NCBI GenBank assembly: GCA_030704615.1
Contig: CM060733.1
Coordinates: 7,874,001-7,938,000, forward strand
Direction of reading: 5' to 3'
Length of the DNA stretch: 64,000 nucleotides
Source of the DNA: Takakia lepidozioides
Taxonomy: Eukaryota; Plantae; Bryophyta
How positions within the stretch are numbered: the first letter of the stretch is position 1; every line of letters begins with the position of its first letter. The translations under genes and the position numbers were made by a program. Under the pieces are notes generated by a model. The model was given only the letters and a program-made list of their open reading frames with translations, was not told where the DNA came from and did no database searches. This document shows, in pieces, positions 25,445-38,463 of this stretch.

Positions 25445-27263
25445 TTTGGTGCCACTGGAGGGTTCGATCTAAAACATATCTGATTTACCAGTACTATTCC
25501 TATGAAATATGGAGTCGTCTCCATTAGCAAGCAACGAGGGATCTTCACCAATATTGTTTAGTAGTTCCAGAAATATCATTGAAACTCATGGTATATTGCT
25601 TGCAAGACCTCTTGAGGTAGGAATAAGTGCTTCAATGTCACTATCTTCAGTAAAGAACTGGCTGAATTTTGCAATGAACTGATCACTCTGACCATCTATA
25701 AGTTCCAAACTATGAGGTGTCAAAACACCACCTAAATCAATTCCTAGATCAAACGCATTTTGCTGTTTTTGAGAATTATGACCAGACACAACAACATTCG
25801 TAGCAACAGTATTTATAAGGTTGGCCAAAACTACACGCGGAGATGACGCCAGAGCCACTACGGACAAGAATAGAAAACGTAGCCGTAGAAAACAAACAAA
25901 TGGTCTTGAGAGATCACTAGGGTAGAAGTACCTATAATAGCTCATATAAGGGGTTTCTAGACTATTTGAAGTATTAATTTTTATCCAAATTTTGTGTCAA
26001 CGAATAGCTTATGCCATAAACTAGCTTTTGCAATTGGGCTTGTCTCATTTGAGCAAGATTTAAAGAAGTTATGTTCATCGTTTCTAGCGCTTGGAATTGT
26101 AGCCAAAAGAGGTAAGGATGCAAGAATAATTGAGGTAGAGGTATGCCTAACTATTGTACTAATTGGTGCTCTACTATATGTTTGATAGATTAGTACTGCA
26201 CCTAAGCTTTACCTCACCCTATCCCAAATCTCTTAGTTTTATGCCTTTGGATTTTTCTCCTATATATGGAGAACCAACTCGTCCATGAGCCATATGTCTA
26301 ACCCAAGATTCAATGAACTCCACCAAATGCATGTGATGTTGTCTAGCATAGGTTTCCATCAACACATTGCCCTTGATGAACTCATAGAAGAGTCTGAATT
26401 ATTTTTCCCATTCAAGAAGCTCACCTGACATATCACTGTTGTTGGTTACTCCTCTTGGCTCCCATCTTGTCACAAGCAGGTCCACTTTCTTCCCTTCTCT
26501 TGCACGTTTGCCTTTTCTTTCCCACCTAAAGTACTCGTATTGATAAAAATCCCTATTCACTACACTAGAAGCATTCGTGTCTTTTCCGAATCGACTGCAT
26601 GTCCAAAACCACCGAGGGAACAACTTTGAGATGTTTGTTACTACTGCACAGTCATAACGGATAAATTCGCATTTCTAATGGCGGATAGAAGTTGCATCAA
26701 TGACTCCGCAGTCGGCGCAATATTCGCGGCGATTTAATTCAATTACGTAAATTGTTTTTTTTTTAGAACAACAATTACAAGTGGTTTTAAGCACTAGAGA
26801 ACGACTCTTAACAACTAGGCATTCATTGCACACCCTATTCAAAAAATGGAATTTTTATAAGTGCTCCACATGGCTCATGACGTGGAATACTTTTAATGTA
26901 TTTTAGGGCTTGTGTGGCTCGTAGAGATTGTTCTAATCGTCGGATGTAAAATGATTTAAGGGTGGAAGAGTAACTTTGTCCTTTGCCTGAATTGGTCTAA
27001 GTGTTGGGAGAGGGATGGAGGATTGAGAGAAAGACGAGCAAGTGATGCGAGAATTACGAAGACCAAATCGAGGCCCATGTCCTGTTGTTGCAAGCGTTTA
27101 TGGCGTCAAGGGCGCATTATGTGCAAATGTGGGCTCTTGGCTCCCCTTTGTACCATGATTTGGTATTCTTCCTGATGATCACAAGGTTCTTGGGGGAATC
27201 AGCTTGGTATATGGCTGAGCGAAGGATAAAGTGTAATGACTGCTAATGAAGGCACCTTCTTCA

Positions 27264-28340
27264 ATTTCACCTTGTTTTCCCCTCTTATCAGAATTGCCCT
27301 TAATTATTCATGTCTGAATTCTGCAAGTTAGCTGGTTGAGTGAAGCTTTGATAGTTTGGAGTGACTTTGACATGATTCTGCCAATGTGACAACATGAAAG
27401 TATCAGAAATAGGTAACACGGACGAGGAGAAGTTGTGGAATGAATACTTTTCTGACCCCAGTCAATGGTGGGACAATCGAGGCAAGAAGGTGAATGTTTG
27501 TTGGATTATAGAGAGTAGCAGATGCAATTGAGCGTAGGAACTAGTGTGATAAGTTGAGTTGGGTGCTTCCTAGAACAAGTCTAGGCTGTCATCGTCAACT
27601 GCTAGCAACAAGACAAGGTTGTATGCATGATTCGTGCAAGGCATGGATAGCTGAAGGAGCAAGGATAGAGTGTGGGTGCAGATTCACCTAAGAGGGCCGG
27701 AGTTCAAGCTCCAGATTAACTATGAAGCTACAAGAAACCTGCATGGGTAGATGGTCAACTGGTAGCAACGGCACAATTGATAAAATCAGACATTGTTAAT
27801 GAAGATATCCTCTTCAGCACATTTCACCCTGTTTTTCCCTCTTATCAGAATCGGCCCAAAATTTCCATGTTGAATTCTGCAAGTTAGCTGGTTGAGTGAA
27901 TCTAGTTTGGAGTGACTTTGACATGATACTGCTATGTGACAAAATGAAAGTATCAAAAAACAAGTAATAGACATGAGGAGAAGCTGTGGAATGAATACTT
28001 TTCTGCCCCCAATCAATGATGGGACAACCGAGGCAAAAAGGTGAATGTCTGCTACATTTCAGAGAGTAGCAGACGCAATTGAGCATATGAACTAGTGTGA
28101 TAAGCTGAGTTGGGTGTTTCCTAGAACAAATGTAGGTTGTTATTGTCAGCTACTAGCAGCAAGGCAATGATGAATGCATGATTTATGCAAGGGCATGGAT
28201 AGCTGAAGGAGCAGGGATAGAGTGTGGTCCAGATTCATCCTAGAGGGCCAAATTTCAAGCACAAGATTACCTATGATTCCCTGTGGATCAATAACTACAA
28301 GAAACCTCCATGGGTATATGGTCTATTCCGTGGAACTCAC
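27264..28340 (+). pseudogene. Tandem ~560-bp duplication carrying degenerate exons of an OSB-like (PDF-motif) organellar ssDNA-binding protein
   Basis: 27421-27489 encodes DEEKLWNEYFSDPSQWWDNRGKK followed by GT. 28233-28320 encodes IHPRGPNFKHKITYDSLWINNYKKPPWV. Copy 2 has an in-frame stop and copy 1 has a deletion. Confidence 0.65.
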
Positions 28341-30046
28341 TGAAGTCTTGCATTATGAGGATCAGAATTGCTTGGCAGCTTACTTGCAAGAGGCCTTGAC
28401 CCTTAGGCAATCCCCAGAGCAGCAGTAGCTTTTGGGCTGCTTTTTTACTTTGTGTTTTTCATTTTGTCCCATAAGCTTTTTGAGCTTTCCGCAGATGTAA
28501 TAAAGTACCATTTTGTTTCATTTCATTCATTTTCATTTCATTTTGTTTCATGGCATGTCTTTCATCGTTTGTGCATTTCTAATGCATGATTAGTTCTCTT
28601 GTATGGCATTACTAGTCGACTCACTATAAACACCAAAACTCCAAAGCATGAATCACTATGAATGATTGTTCAAGTAATTTCGAGCACTTCATGTAAAGTA
28701 GTAAAGCAGTGGTTGCGCCAACTTCCGCAGTCGCAATTGCCACTGGGCATGTAGCACTGCAAGTTATGTGGTCTACTACCACGTGGCGCCCTGGGCCCGT
28801 GGCCACGTGGCAGCAGTGTTGCTCATCGTGGCGCCGCCACGTCGACGTCCACATCGTCGTCCACGTCCGCATTCATGTGTCACCGCGCTCCAGTGAATCG
28901 GTCCACTCATCCGGAGGGAAAAGTCAAAGTCAGCCCAAAAGGTCAGACACACGGGCGGCCCGCCTGGTTACGCCACGTGGTTTTTCAGCATTAATCGCAT
29001 TAATCGCTGAGCAATTGTTCGCGCGTCTGCGTCCTTTACCACTCCAATCATTGGATGTCCAACCCAACTACCACGTCTGTTGTAACTAGTCGTTTGTAAC
29101 TTCCAGTCGATCCTAGTTTTTTGACTTTTACGACTCAAAATGAGTCGTTACCCCAGTGGTAAATGACACAAATGCTTCTAGTGCTATGAAGTCCACTGGA
29201 TTAGAGCTGCATTGTAATATATTACTATCTTGAATAACTTTGCTTACACTGACTGTGGAATCTGTTGGATTTGTGTTGGTTGCAGGTTTAATATCTATAG
29301 CAGAGGTAGATGAACTGGCCATTGATTAGACATGAGTGAGAGGAAAAGAGAACAAAAAACAGAACTCTACTACTGTTGCACAGTGAAGGTAGAGAGACTA
29401 TTGCATGTTGTAGTACATACTTACAACTGGGAATGGTTAGGAGTAAAGAGCAATAGTTTGTTGCTAAGTGAAATAGATAAGAGATGACGAGAGAAAGAAT
29501 GGCTACATATAACTGGAGTGTGGTTAGGCTCAAACTCCTTGCATGTTTCCATAAGAAGAGGGAATTTTGAAAGATTGCATGTACATAAATGTAATCTGAT
29601 CTCTTGATATCAACAAATATTATCAGATATATATGAAAACGAAAAGAGTATTCAAAAGTGTTCATCAAGATTTGATGAATGTGTCAAAAAACAACCCTAA
29701 ATCCGACATTCATTTAACATAAAATAGTTTAGTATAAAACATAAAGTCGCCAATGTGTCAATACAGTTAGTGCATCCTAAATGCAAAATCAGATTTGCAA
29801 AGGCTTCATACTGTGGAGTCATGTGGGGCCCATTTAATGCACGCCTTTACGTTTAGCATGCAGCGCCCACAGATGCGGGTCAAATCTATGGAAGTGTGCT
29901 ATAATGGGTCACATGCGCACCCATGGGTACTTAAAAAAAAAAAAAAAAAAAAAAAAACTTCTATCCTACAACAATAACTGCAGCTGTATATAGGTGTAGA
30001 TGATACACATATGGAACGTATACATATCGTATATACAGTCCAATAA

Positions 30047-30211
30047 GAGAGTGGGCCGCCTAGGGCAAATTATGTCAGGCAAGCCCGCCTTGGGCAAGCC
30101 GGGGCTCTGCGACGTTAGAGAGTGGGCCGCCTAGGGCAGATTATGCAGGCACACCCTACCCTGAGCTCGCCGGGCGCGCCTGGCATAATCTGCCCTAGGT
30201 GGCCCGTTCTC
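30047..30211. mobile_element. Small MITE (30118-30211, TA flanks) with an extra upstream copy of its TIR
   Basis: GAGAGTGGGCCGCCTAGGGCAGATTATG and CATAATCTGCCCTAGGTGGCCCGTTCTC form an inverted pair. The same left arm also occurs at 30047. Confidence 0.7.
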
Positions 30212-33200
30212 TAGTACGTTTTGGTCGAAGTTCAAACCATGTCTTGACAAGAGTGGGAGAGAAGAAGGCTTTCCGAAAAAATAATGGCTCATTCATGCCA
30301 AATTTCCCTTAAAACAGATTCATTATTGGATGAGGATGATAGTATAAAATGAACTTGGATGTCCCCCATAAGTGAACTTTACTTTCCGTGGCAACGTCGC
30401 TACTCATAAAAGCGTTGTGTGAAATGCTGAGGTGACACTTGACATTTTCAATCCAAATATTTTTTTCCACTACTTCGATTTTAGAGTGCCACCTCAATTG
30501 TCCCCTCGTATAAAGTGCCCCTCACACTCCCCAATAAGGATTCCAAATTCTGGCAGGGGCTATTCCTCAACGTCGAAAAAAATGAGAGGATTGGAGTGGC
30601 TAATGGGTAGGGAGCAGTGCTGGACCGGTATCATAAACATTTCATACCAGCCAGGGTCCTCGTATCATTGGTGAAGAGGAGGCCCCCTTCGTACCTGGCA
30701 GATAATGGTATCAAAGTAGATGTCAAAATTTTTAATGTACCAGTCTGGTATGTATTTTATTTTATTTGCCTGGTATGGTATGGTATCAGTAGTGCAATTT
30801 TCTAAACCTATACTGGGGGTATATCAAGACCGGTATCAATAAATTGCAACATACAACCAAAATCAACAGAAAAGACTTGAAAACCATAGCACCTAACAAT
30901 TTGACCACATGAGAAACCCAAAGCCCTTGTTGAGCTTACTAAAGCACAATGCAATCACATCATCGACCCAATGTTGAAGAAATCATTAGGTTTTAAGCAA
31001 AAATGCCAAGCTCAGGGCATGTGTAAAGCACTTTACATTGCTGCACCCTAAATCCCTATCGCTTCACATATTGATACCTAGGGTGCAAGTGATAGAGGAA
31101 GACAAAGTACTGGTATCGACAAAGCTGCGTTCTATGCAATACCTGCCTGGTCTGGTACCTGCTGAGATACCCTTACCCGTGCTGATACCCCGCCTCGCCC
31201 TATATACCGGACTAAAACTGGTAGGAAGGCACCTTTGTTGGAATGGGTGAAATGTGAAGCCACGTGTGTGACGGCTAGCATAGAAGTAGGAGGGTGGGCC
31301 CTCCTTCTAGTCCGAGAGCTTTCTAGAAGCAGGATGAGGTGGTGCCCCTTCTATGTTGGGTGGATGTGATAGCAAATAGGATATTTCACATACTCTAGGA
31401 TATGCAAAAAAAATATTATTGCAAACAAAAATGTGCTCATGCCGCATTTGGAATGGAAGATAATATGAATAATGTAGGAACTCAATGGACGAGTGCGATC
31501 CGACGGTACTTTCGCCCGGGAGTTTAGGCTCCTCCGGCGGGGGCCCTCTCAATTCCTCCCCACTCCCTCTTACTGGTTTCACTATCAAATACTTAAGAAT
31601 CCAAGTGATTTGAGCGGATTAGTTTTAACCTGATCACCTTTCACGTTAAAACATACTACCCCCAGAGTAGGTAGAACCTATATTACATTCACATTTCAGC
31701 TATAGTTGTGGGTCTTTGTGCTCACATGAGTTCAGCTTTGGATGATTAATTTCATGAATTTTTCGCGTGAGCATGGTGAGCATGGTTTTCAGATAGTTTT
31801 CGTATTTCTTACCGTGTGAGCGCATTTTGGTTTCGCAATCACATATTCTCCAGAATCTTTTGGAATATCTGTGCTCACACGCTAACCCAACCTCCATACT
31901 CTCTTGGATAGCTGCTTATGTGAATGGAGCTTTAGTATTATTAGTGTTTGAGGTGGCCGACTATATTCATGCTTATTTCATCTGCGCCCGACACCATAAA
32001 TCCATAAATCCGGAAATTATGCAGTGGGGCAGTAGTAGCCGCAAAGAGTAGTGAGTCTTATACATGATCTTCAATCGGATCAATCTTCCCCCACCTACGC
32101 CGGTTCAATCCTTCAAAATGTTCCTTCAACTCTCTTGATAGCCAAATTCGCTGCAAACAAACCACTGGTGTGGGATAGTACACTGATTGCCACCATGTGA
32201 TTGTGGGTTCAAATTCTGTTACCTTGTCGGTGTGATATAATCCACTGTTGGGCAGATATTTGGTTTCTGTCATATCTGCTATGTCAAGATATATCCAGCA
32301 AAAACCTCAAAAATTCAGCGGATCTTTATCAGGCAGTTTTCCAGGGATCTTTCCCACAAAGGATATTTGATCCATTATTTCCAAATTGAATACCCACAGG
32401 TCCACTTGGCGGTAAGATACTTTTTTTTTTTTCTTACTAGATACTTTGAAAGAGGTTATTTGCTGCTCTCATTGTAATGAAAGGGTCCTGGATTTGTCAA
32501 CAGCCCCAGGATCTCAAAATGTGCAAAATACCACCGGCTTTGTGCACAAGATGGGTACACAAGCCCTAATGTCTCCCTCCACCAAGCCTTCGTAAAGGAA
32601 ATTGCCTGCCTAGTATGGCGTATTTGGAGGAGGATTACAAAGCAGAATTCTATGCCTAATGCCACTAGCACATTATGAAACATAATGTGTTTAATTAGGA
32701 CTTGCAAGCCAATGAGAGGGCGGCCGCAATCCTTTATGCTATGGAATGGGCGTTGCGACCCATTCCATAGTACGTAAAAGTTGGAAACTTGGATGCAGAG
32801 TTTTCTTCTTGGGAAAAGTTATGCAAAATTTCAACCTCCTCAAGGAGAAAAAAGGAATATACTCGTGAAAATTCCCTGTTTTTCATGCATGAAATCACCA
32901 AACTTCTCCAAATAAAAATAAATAATGGATGAATCTGCCAAATATGGATGATACCAATGCATGACAGTGCAGAGGTGGATGATTCTATCCAAATTTCAAT
33001 GGATGCACACAATATACGGCTATTTCCTGCAAAACTCAGTAGCCACTCGTGCTGTTTTCCAGACTTAATTTAAAAAAAACTCGCTGCTTGGAAGCTGTTG
33101 CGTGCTGCCAATTACCCGACATAAACCTTCCAATGCCCACAAGTGTAGTGAGTCGATTGGTGCGTGAAGGATTGACTAAAGTCCACACTTCAGAATGTGC

Positions 33201-34537
33201 CCCACCGCCAATCTGATCTGCATGTATTAAATCCAAGAGATTCTATGGGCCCGCCTTCGTCATCTCTCTGGCCCTGCCGTGTCTATCTAGATAAGTGTCC
33301 GATGCAGATGGCGCACACTATAATATCGCTGGCATTTTCTCAAAAGCCCACGATAGATTTGGAGAAGCAACAGTCGCTCCGCAATTGGCTCTTTCAGGCC
33401 GGGTGTTCACTGGATTACACATACTATTCTGTGGGCCCACACGAAGCTTGACAGTGCAGGCTTCAGCTTGCACGGAGAGGGCCCAGGTGGCCAAGTTCGA
33501 TCCTCAACTTTGTAAATGGTTTTCCCACGGGCTTTTCGAAGTGTCTCCACAAATTTCTTCACGAATTCAGGAGCGGTGGGACCCTGTGGGGATCGTTCGC
33601 TTGTTCCAACAGTCGACGAATAAGTATGACATACTTCGCTTCCCTTCGTCTGCAAGTTTGTAGTTCAACGCCAAGGTTCGACCTTCTTATATGCTTCTAG
33701 AATGCCGGTGATTCTTTGAAAGGGGGACCAGAGAGGATCTGTTTGCGTTCCTGGCAATTTCATTCCGCAACAGCAGCTCCTGTCGACGTTTGTAGGTTAG
33801 ACACCAAGGACACATGCATAAACCTCCCTGGACATACAAAATTAGGGCGAGCTTCCGGTTTCCTGGCAGTTTTGCCTGAGCACGACCATCTCAAGACAAA
33901 CAGAATAGATGTTTCCTATCCGCATTTCCCACCAACATGTGACTACCCCCTTTCTTCACTTTCATGCTTTGCAGAACGTTCCGCTTCATTGTCACTTTCG
34001 TCTCCCCACACGATTACTGTTGAGGACGTTTTTGGGGCCCGAATTCCATGGGAGGATTGGGAATAGTTCTGAAATATCTGAAAATTCTTTACGGTCCGAT
34101 GCGCACATAGTTCTTCTTGGGTGCACATCCAACCGTGGTCCGTAACGAATTTTCAAAAAATTCCCTTTGTATTTTGAGTGTGCTTACGGAACCCTCCTGA
34201 ACCGTACAGTCTGTAACGCGCCCGACAGTGGGTTACATTTTGTAACCGCACTCCACATGTTTTTTCTTTTTCTTTTAAAAGAGTTTCTTTATTTGTGTAG
34301 AAAGATTTCTGCACGAAGGACGTGGAAAAGATCTGCACAAGAAAATGGCTACTGCAATGATGCCAAGAGCACCCCGCCAACAAAAATCTTGCCACGTGGC
34401 AAAGGGGATTTTGTAATGCCCTCATGGCAAAACACTCAAACAGGTGAAGCACCTTGTAGGGCTGCTTTACACTACACAAAATACTGGCGGTTGATAATTT
34501 CCTTTGTAAATTTGTCAACCAAAACCCATTCCACATA

Positions 34538-34726
34538 CCGTAATACCTTGGCAAGTTCAACAATCATCTGTCGAATATTTATTTTATTTTGAGAATTTCA
34601 TTTCAACATATGGAATATTCCCAAAGATTCTTTCTTATTATTCACAAAATTATTTAACTTCACAAAATCATTGTCGACAATCTTTGAAATATTAAAATTT
34701 GTGTCGGAATTGCCAAGGTACTACGG
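34538..34726. mobile_element. Tc1/mariner(pogo)-type MITE
   Basis: TA|CCGTAATACCTTGGCAA ... TTGCCAAGGTACTACGG|TA terminal inverted repeats with an AT-rich interior. Confidence 0.7.
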
Positions 34727-35876
34727 TATTTGCAGTAAGAATACAATGAAATATGATATTCCAGCAGAATCTGCCGGCCGCATTTTTCAGCCTAAGATTT
34801 TCGAATCAAATCCGGGAAAACACTGTTAAGTACCTCGTACACAAAAAAAAGTCCTTGACTGTCCCTAAAAAACCAAGATATTTACCCACATATGAACCAA
34901 AATATTAATAAACAGGGTATCAAAACCGGCTACCAATAACACCTGGATCATAATTTTAATTTTAATTTAATTTAATTGTTTTTAAAAAGGGAAACACCTG
35001 GGAGCGACAGCTCACAATCATATTATAGTCTCCTTCTCTTTCTTTTTTAATCCTTTTATTTTACTCTTGTTTTTCATTTGTTTTTAGTTCATTCTATAGT
35101 GAGTGTGGGGTAAAGAAAGAAAAAATAGAAAAAAGCGCGGGGTGCTGTAAATAGACTGAGCGAAATAGACTGAGCGGCAGAAGGAAAAGAAGACAATTCA
35201 CTGTGAAGGGGCCGCAATCTGTGCACTGGGGCCCCACAGAGAGAGCGGTGCAGGAGGAGATGGGTGAGGAATCGAACGCTGGACCACCTTGTCAAGCGTT
35301 AAGGGGAGATGCTTGCAACGGAAGGAAAGAGAAGAGAAGCCAAGGAAAGAAGGTGTCAGGGAATCCGCATCCGCGTGGGTTGGTAGCGAGATGGAATGGA
35401 GCAGTGCGATTTATCGCAGATTCCAGAAGGCGGGCTTGGGAGAGAGAAGCACGGCAGGGAATGCCAAGGATAGTTCGGCGCAGAACAGGAAGCGGCTGTC
35501 AGAGCTTCTGGGTCCCACTTATCTTGATCCACCTCAGCCTGCACAGCCTTTTTATCTTCACCCTTGTATATAGCCAGGGATCCCACCTCATTGTATTCAT
35601 TCACTTCTCTCCACTTTCACTTGTGCCTATCAGCTTCTTGCTGTGAATTGTGTGTTCTCGTACTCCTGTTTTTAGTCAACCATAATTCACACTAGTGCTT
35701 TGTGCAGTGAGTTTGTTTAGTGTGCAGCTGACAACGTTGCACTTCATTTCTCTCTGTCTCTCTGGTTTTGGGGGCTGTGCTGAATTGGTTCGAAAGTTTT
35801 GCTTGGACATCCACCTTAGGTAGGCGGGTTCTTTGGTTGTTTCTTGGTTTTGTCGCTGGCAAGGGGAGTACGCGAA

Positions 35877-37016
35877 ATGGACATGGAGATGGGGGGGTAT
35901 GAGGGGTTTATTCCTGCGCTGCCTGACGATGTTGCGCTCCAGTGCTTGCTTCGGGTTCCTGTGGAATCGCACGCGCAGCTGCAGGGGGTGTCCCGCAAGT
36001 GGAGAGAGCTTGTGAACAGCTCACAATTTTATGAGGAGCGGAAGAAGGAGGGGACCACAAATCACTATGTGTGCATGACACAGGCGCTTTCTCAATTGCC
36101 GAGTGCGAGTATGGAGAAGCAGGATGCGCTGCGGCCGGTGCCTTCTGCCGCCTATGGGATCAGCATATTTAATGTACAACAGCGAGTGTGGGACAGGCTG
36201 CCCCAGATCCCAGACTTCTCTGAGGGGCTTCCTCTGTACTGCCGAATCGTGGCCGTGGGCGGGAAGCTGGTGGTGCTAGGGGGGTGGAATCCATCCACCT
36301 GGGAAACATTGCGCTCGGTTTACGTGTATAATTTTTCTACGCAATCGTGGCGCAGGGGCGCCGATATGCCCAGTTTCCGCTCCTTCTTTGCCTGTGGGGC
36401 GATGGGGGACCATGTGTTTGTCGCTGGGGGTCATGATAATGGGAAAACTGCTCTAGCAACTGCAGAAGTTTACAGCGTTGAGAGCAACAGATGGGAGAGC
36501 CTGCCGAGCATGACTGAGGAGAGAGATGAGGGCACAGGGGTGGTACTAGATGGCAAGTTCTATGTGGTTACTGGGTACCCCTCAACTGGGCAAGGCCAGT
36601 TTGTGAAGAGCGCGGAGGTTTACGACCCTGCCAACAATGCTTGGTACAAGATTGAGGGCATGTGTACTTTGGGGTCTCCAATTGGCACGAATCCAGGGGC
36701 CTTGACTGTTATGTCTGGAAGCTTGTATGCCTTCAATGGGCAACAGCTTGTGTGCTACTCCACGACCAAGAATGCCTGGAATGTGGTGGAGTCTCTACCT
36801 AGGGGAGAGAAAGGGGATACGAACCCAGTATGTGTCACTGCGGTCAACAACACCCTTGTTGTGAATGGTCCGGCAAGGGGCAGCGAGGATCAGAGCTACA
36901 AGACCTTGGTCTACAGACCTGCCACATCAAAGAACTCCAAGAGCGAGTGGGAGATGGTTGCAAGCAATGAGGAGTTTCTGGGGATAGCTCAGATCTCATG
37001 TGCAATAGAAATTTGA
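35877..37016 (+). CDS. F-box/Kelch-repeat protein (KFB/KMD family), intronless
   Basis: F-box IPALPDDVALQCLLRVP. Kelch repeats with GG and W motifs (VLGGWNPSTWE, VAGGHDNGKTAL). First ATG at 35877. Confidence 0.93.
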   Translation: MDMEMGGYEGFIPALPDDVALQCLLRVPVESHAQLQGVSRKWRELVNSSQFYEERKKEGTTNHYVCMTQALSQLPSASMEKQDALRPVPSAAYGISIFNVQQRVWDRLPQIPDFSEGLPLYCRIVAVGGKLVVLGGWNPSTWETLRSVYVYNFSTQSWRRGADMPSFRSFFACGAMGDHVFVAGGHDNGKTALATAEVYSVESNRWESLPSMTEERDEGTGVVLDGKFYVVTGYPSTGQGQFVKSAEVYDPANNAWYKIEGMCTLGSPIGTNPGALTVMSGSLYAFNGQQLVCYSTTKNAWNVVESLPRGEKGDTNPVCVTAVNNTLVVNGPARGSEDQSYKTLVYRPATSKNSKSEWEMVASNEEFLGIAQISCAIEI

Positions 37017-37959
37017 TTCCGTACTTCAATATATTGTACGCACATTCCTCGAGGAATGAGGTTACTGTAAACATACGAAGAGTGTATAGTTCCAGGGTCC
37101 AAGTGCGACCTCGGTAAGAGAAGATTAGTCACAGCTTGGAGTAGTTTGGGCAGTTTGATGCTTCCAATCTTACAGAATGTACAGACTATACAGTTTTGTT
37201 TGTAACAACAGTCCTTATACAGGACAACTTTTCTCATATCACCTCACAAGGCTCTGATTGTCTGTCTTCCTCTGAATGTCCCCTTTGTTCCGCTGTTTGA
37301 TGCAGGCGGGTTTCTTGTAGTGTGAAAAGAGGGACCGGGGATAATCACTCTCACAATTTCTCTTAACACGCCCACTTCTAGACTCACCAAATGTTCAAGT
37401 AAGTATAAGTGTGATTGCATATGGGGAAGAGTTGTCAAACGCTCTCGGCATTTATCAACCCACAGATTCGTCATATCCTGCACGTGAAGAATCGACACCT
37501 TCGTAACGGTGCCCGTGGTGGTTCTAATGACTCTTGCTGCACTGGGTCACTCATTTCTCCAGCAACTCGTGGGACTTGAATCATGCTTTTACTAACCGCA
37601 GCTGTAAGTTAGATGTAGCGAGTATTTCGTGAGTTGGTGGAAACAGAGTTGCTTCAAATAACTAGATTACAGTCGACTCTCCTCATGACATTCTTCAGCT
37701 CATCGCCCCTTCTGCAGTCCCATTAGCATCACCATTTCACAAGATCTTGGCTCTGTTCATGTCAACTTCATTCCCAAAATTGGGCTGAACACCGCTCTTC
37801 ACTGTTTGAGCTTCCTACATCCCACCTCTTAGAATTTGAATTCTGAGCAAAAATCTTACTTCAACACTTCTGCTACTACTATCCCATCTCACTTTTGTCT
37901 CCCTTAGTCTAAACCATTGTGCGTGCTTTGACGCCCTTGCTTCGTGTTTCGTCCTCGAC

Positions 37960-38065
37960 GCCTCCGAGCATCTCTTCAGTCGCCCGCATGATCCACTCTG
38001 TAACGCTTGTTCGGGTTAAGCCTCTTCGAGGGCTCGTATTTCTGGACAATGCTTTCTTTGCCTTT
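37960..38065 (-). pseudogene. Diverged fragment duplicated from the neighbouring 370-aa ORF
   Basis: TCGCCCGCATGATCCACTCTGTAAC...GTTAAGCCTCTTC is shared with ~39175-39270. Confidence 0.6.
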
Positions 38066-38463
38066 GCTCGTATTTCTTAGTTTGCAAATATATCTTACTC
38101 CTTACTGTCCTCTCATCTATGGTCACCTTTACTATATCTGGGCCACCACCAACAGTAGTGAACTAGACCTCATTTAACTTACATGCAAGCAGTACTGAGT
38201 TTGGTACTGATTTGCTACAACAGTTTGCACTGTAATTCACAGTTAAAACCTCAGACCGATGGTTCTTTCCCTGTCCCAACTTCCACTGTCAACCGTGTTT
38301 CTGGCTCACTATCCCTCGCTCTGTTGAAAATTGTGTAATCAATTTTGGTCACTCTCAGCTTCAGGTGCATAATTCAGTTCACAGACATCTGCAAGAAAGC
38401 GCATGGTGAATTTATGATAGTAGATTTACCACCTCTTTCAAATTAATCATCCTTTTGTATTAG

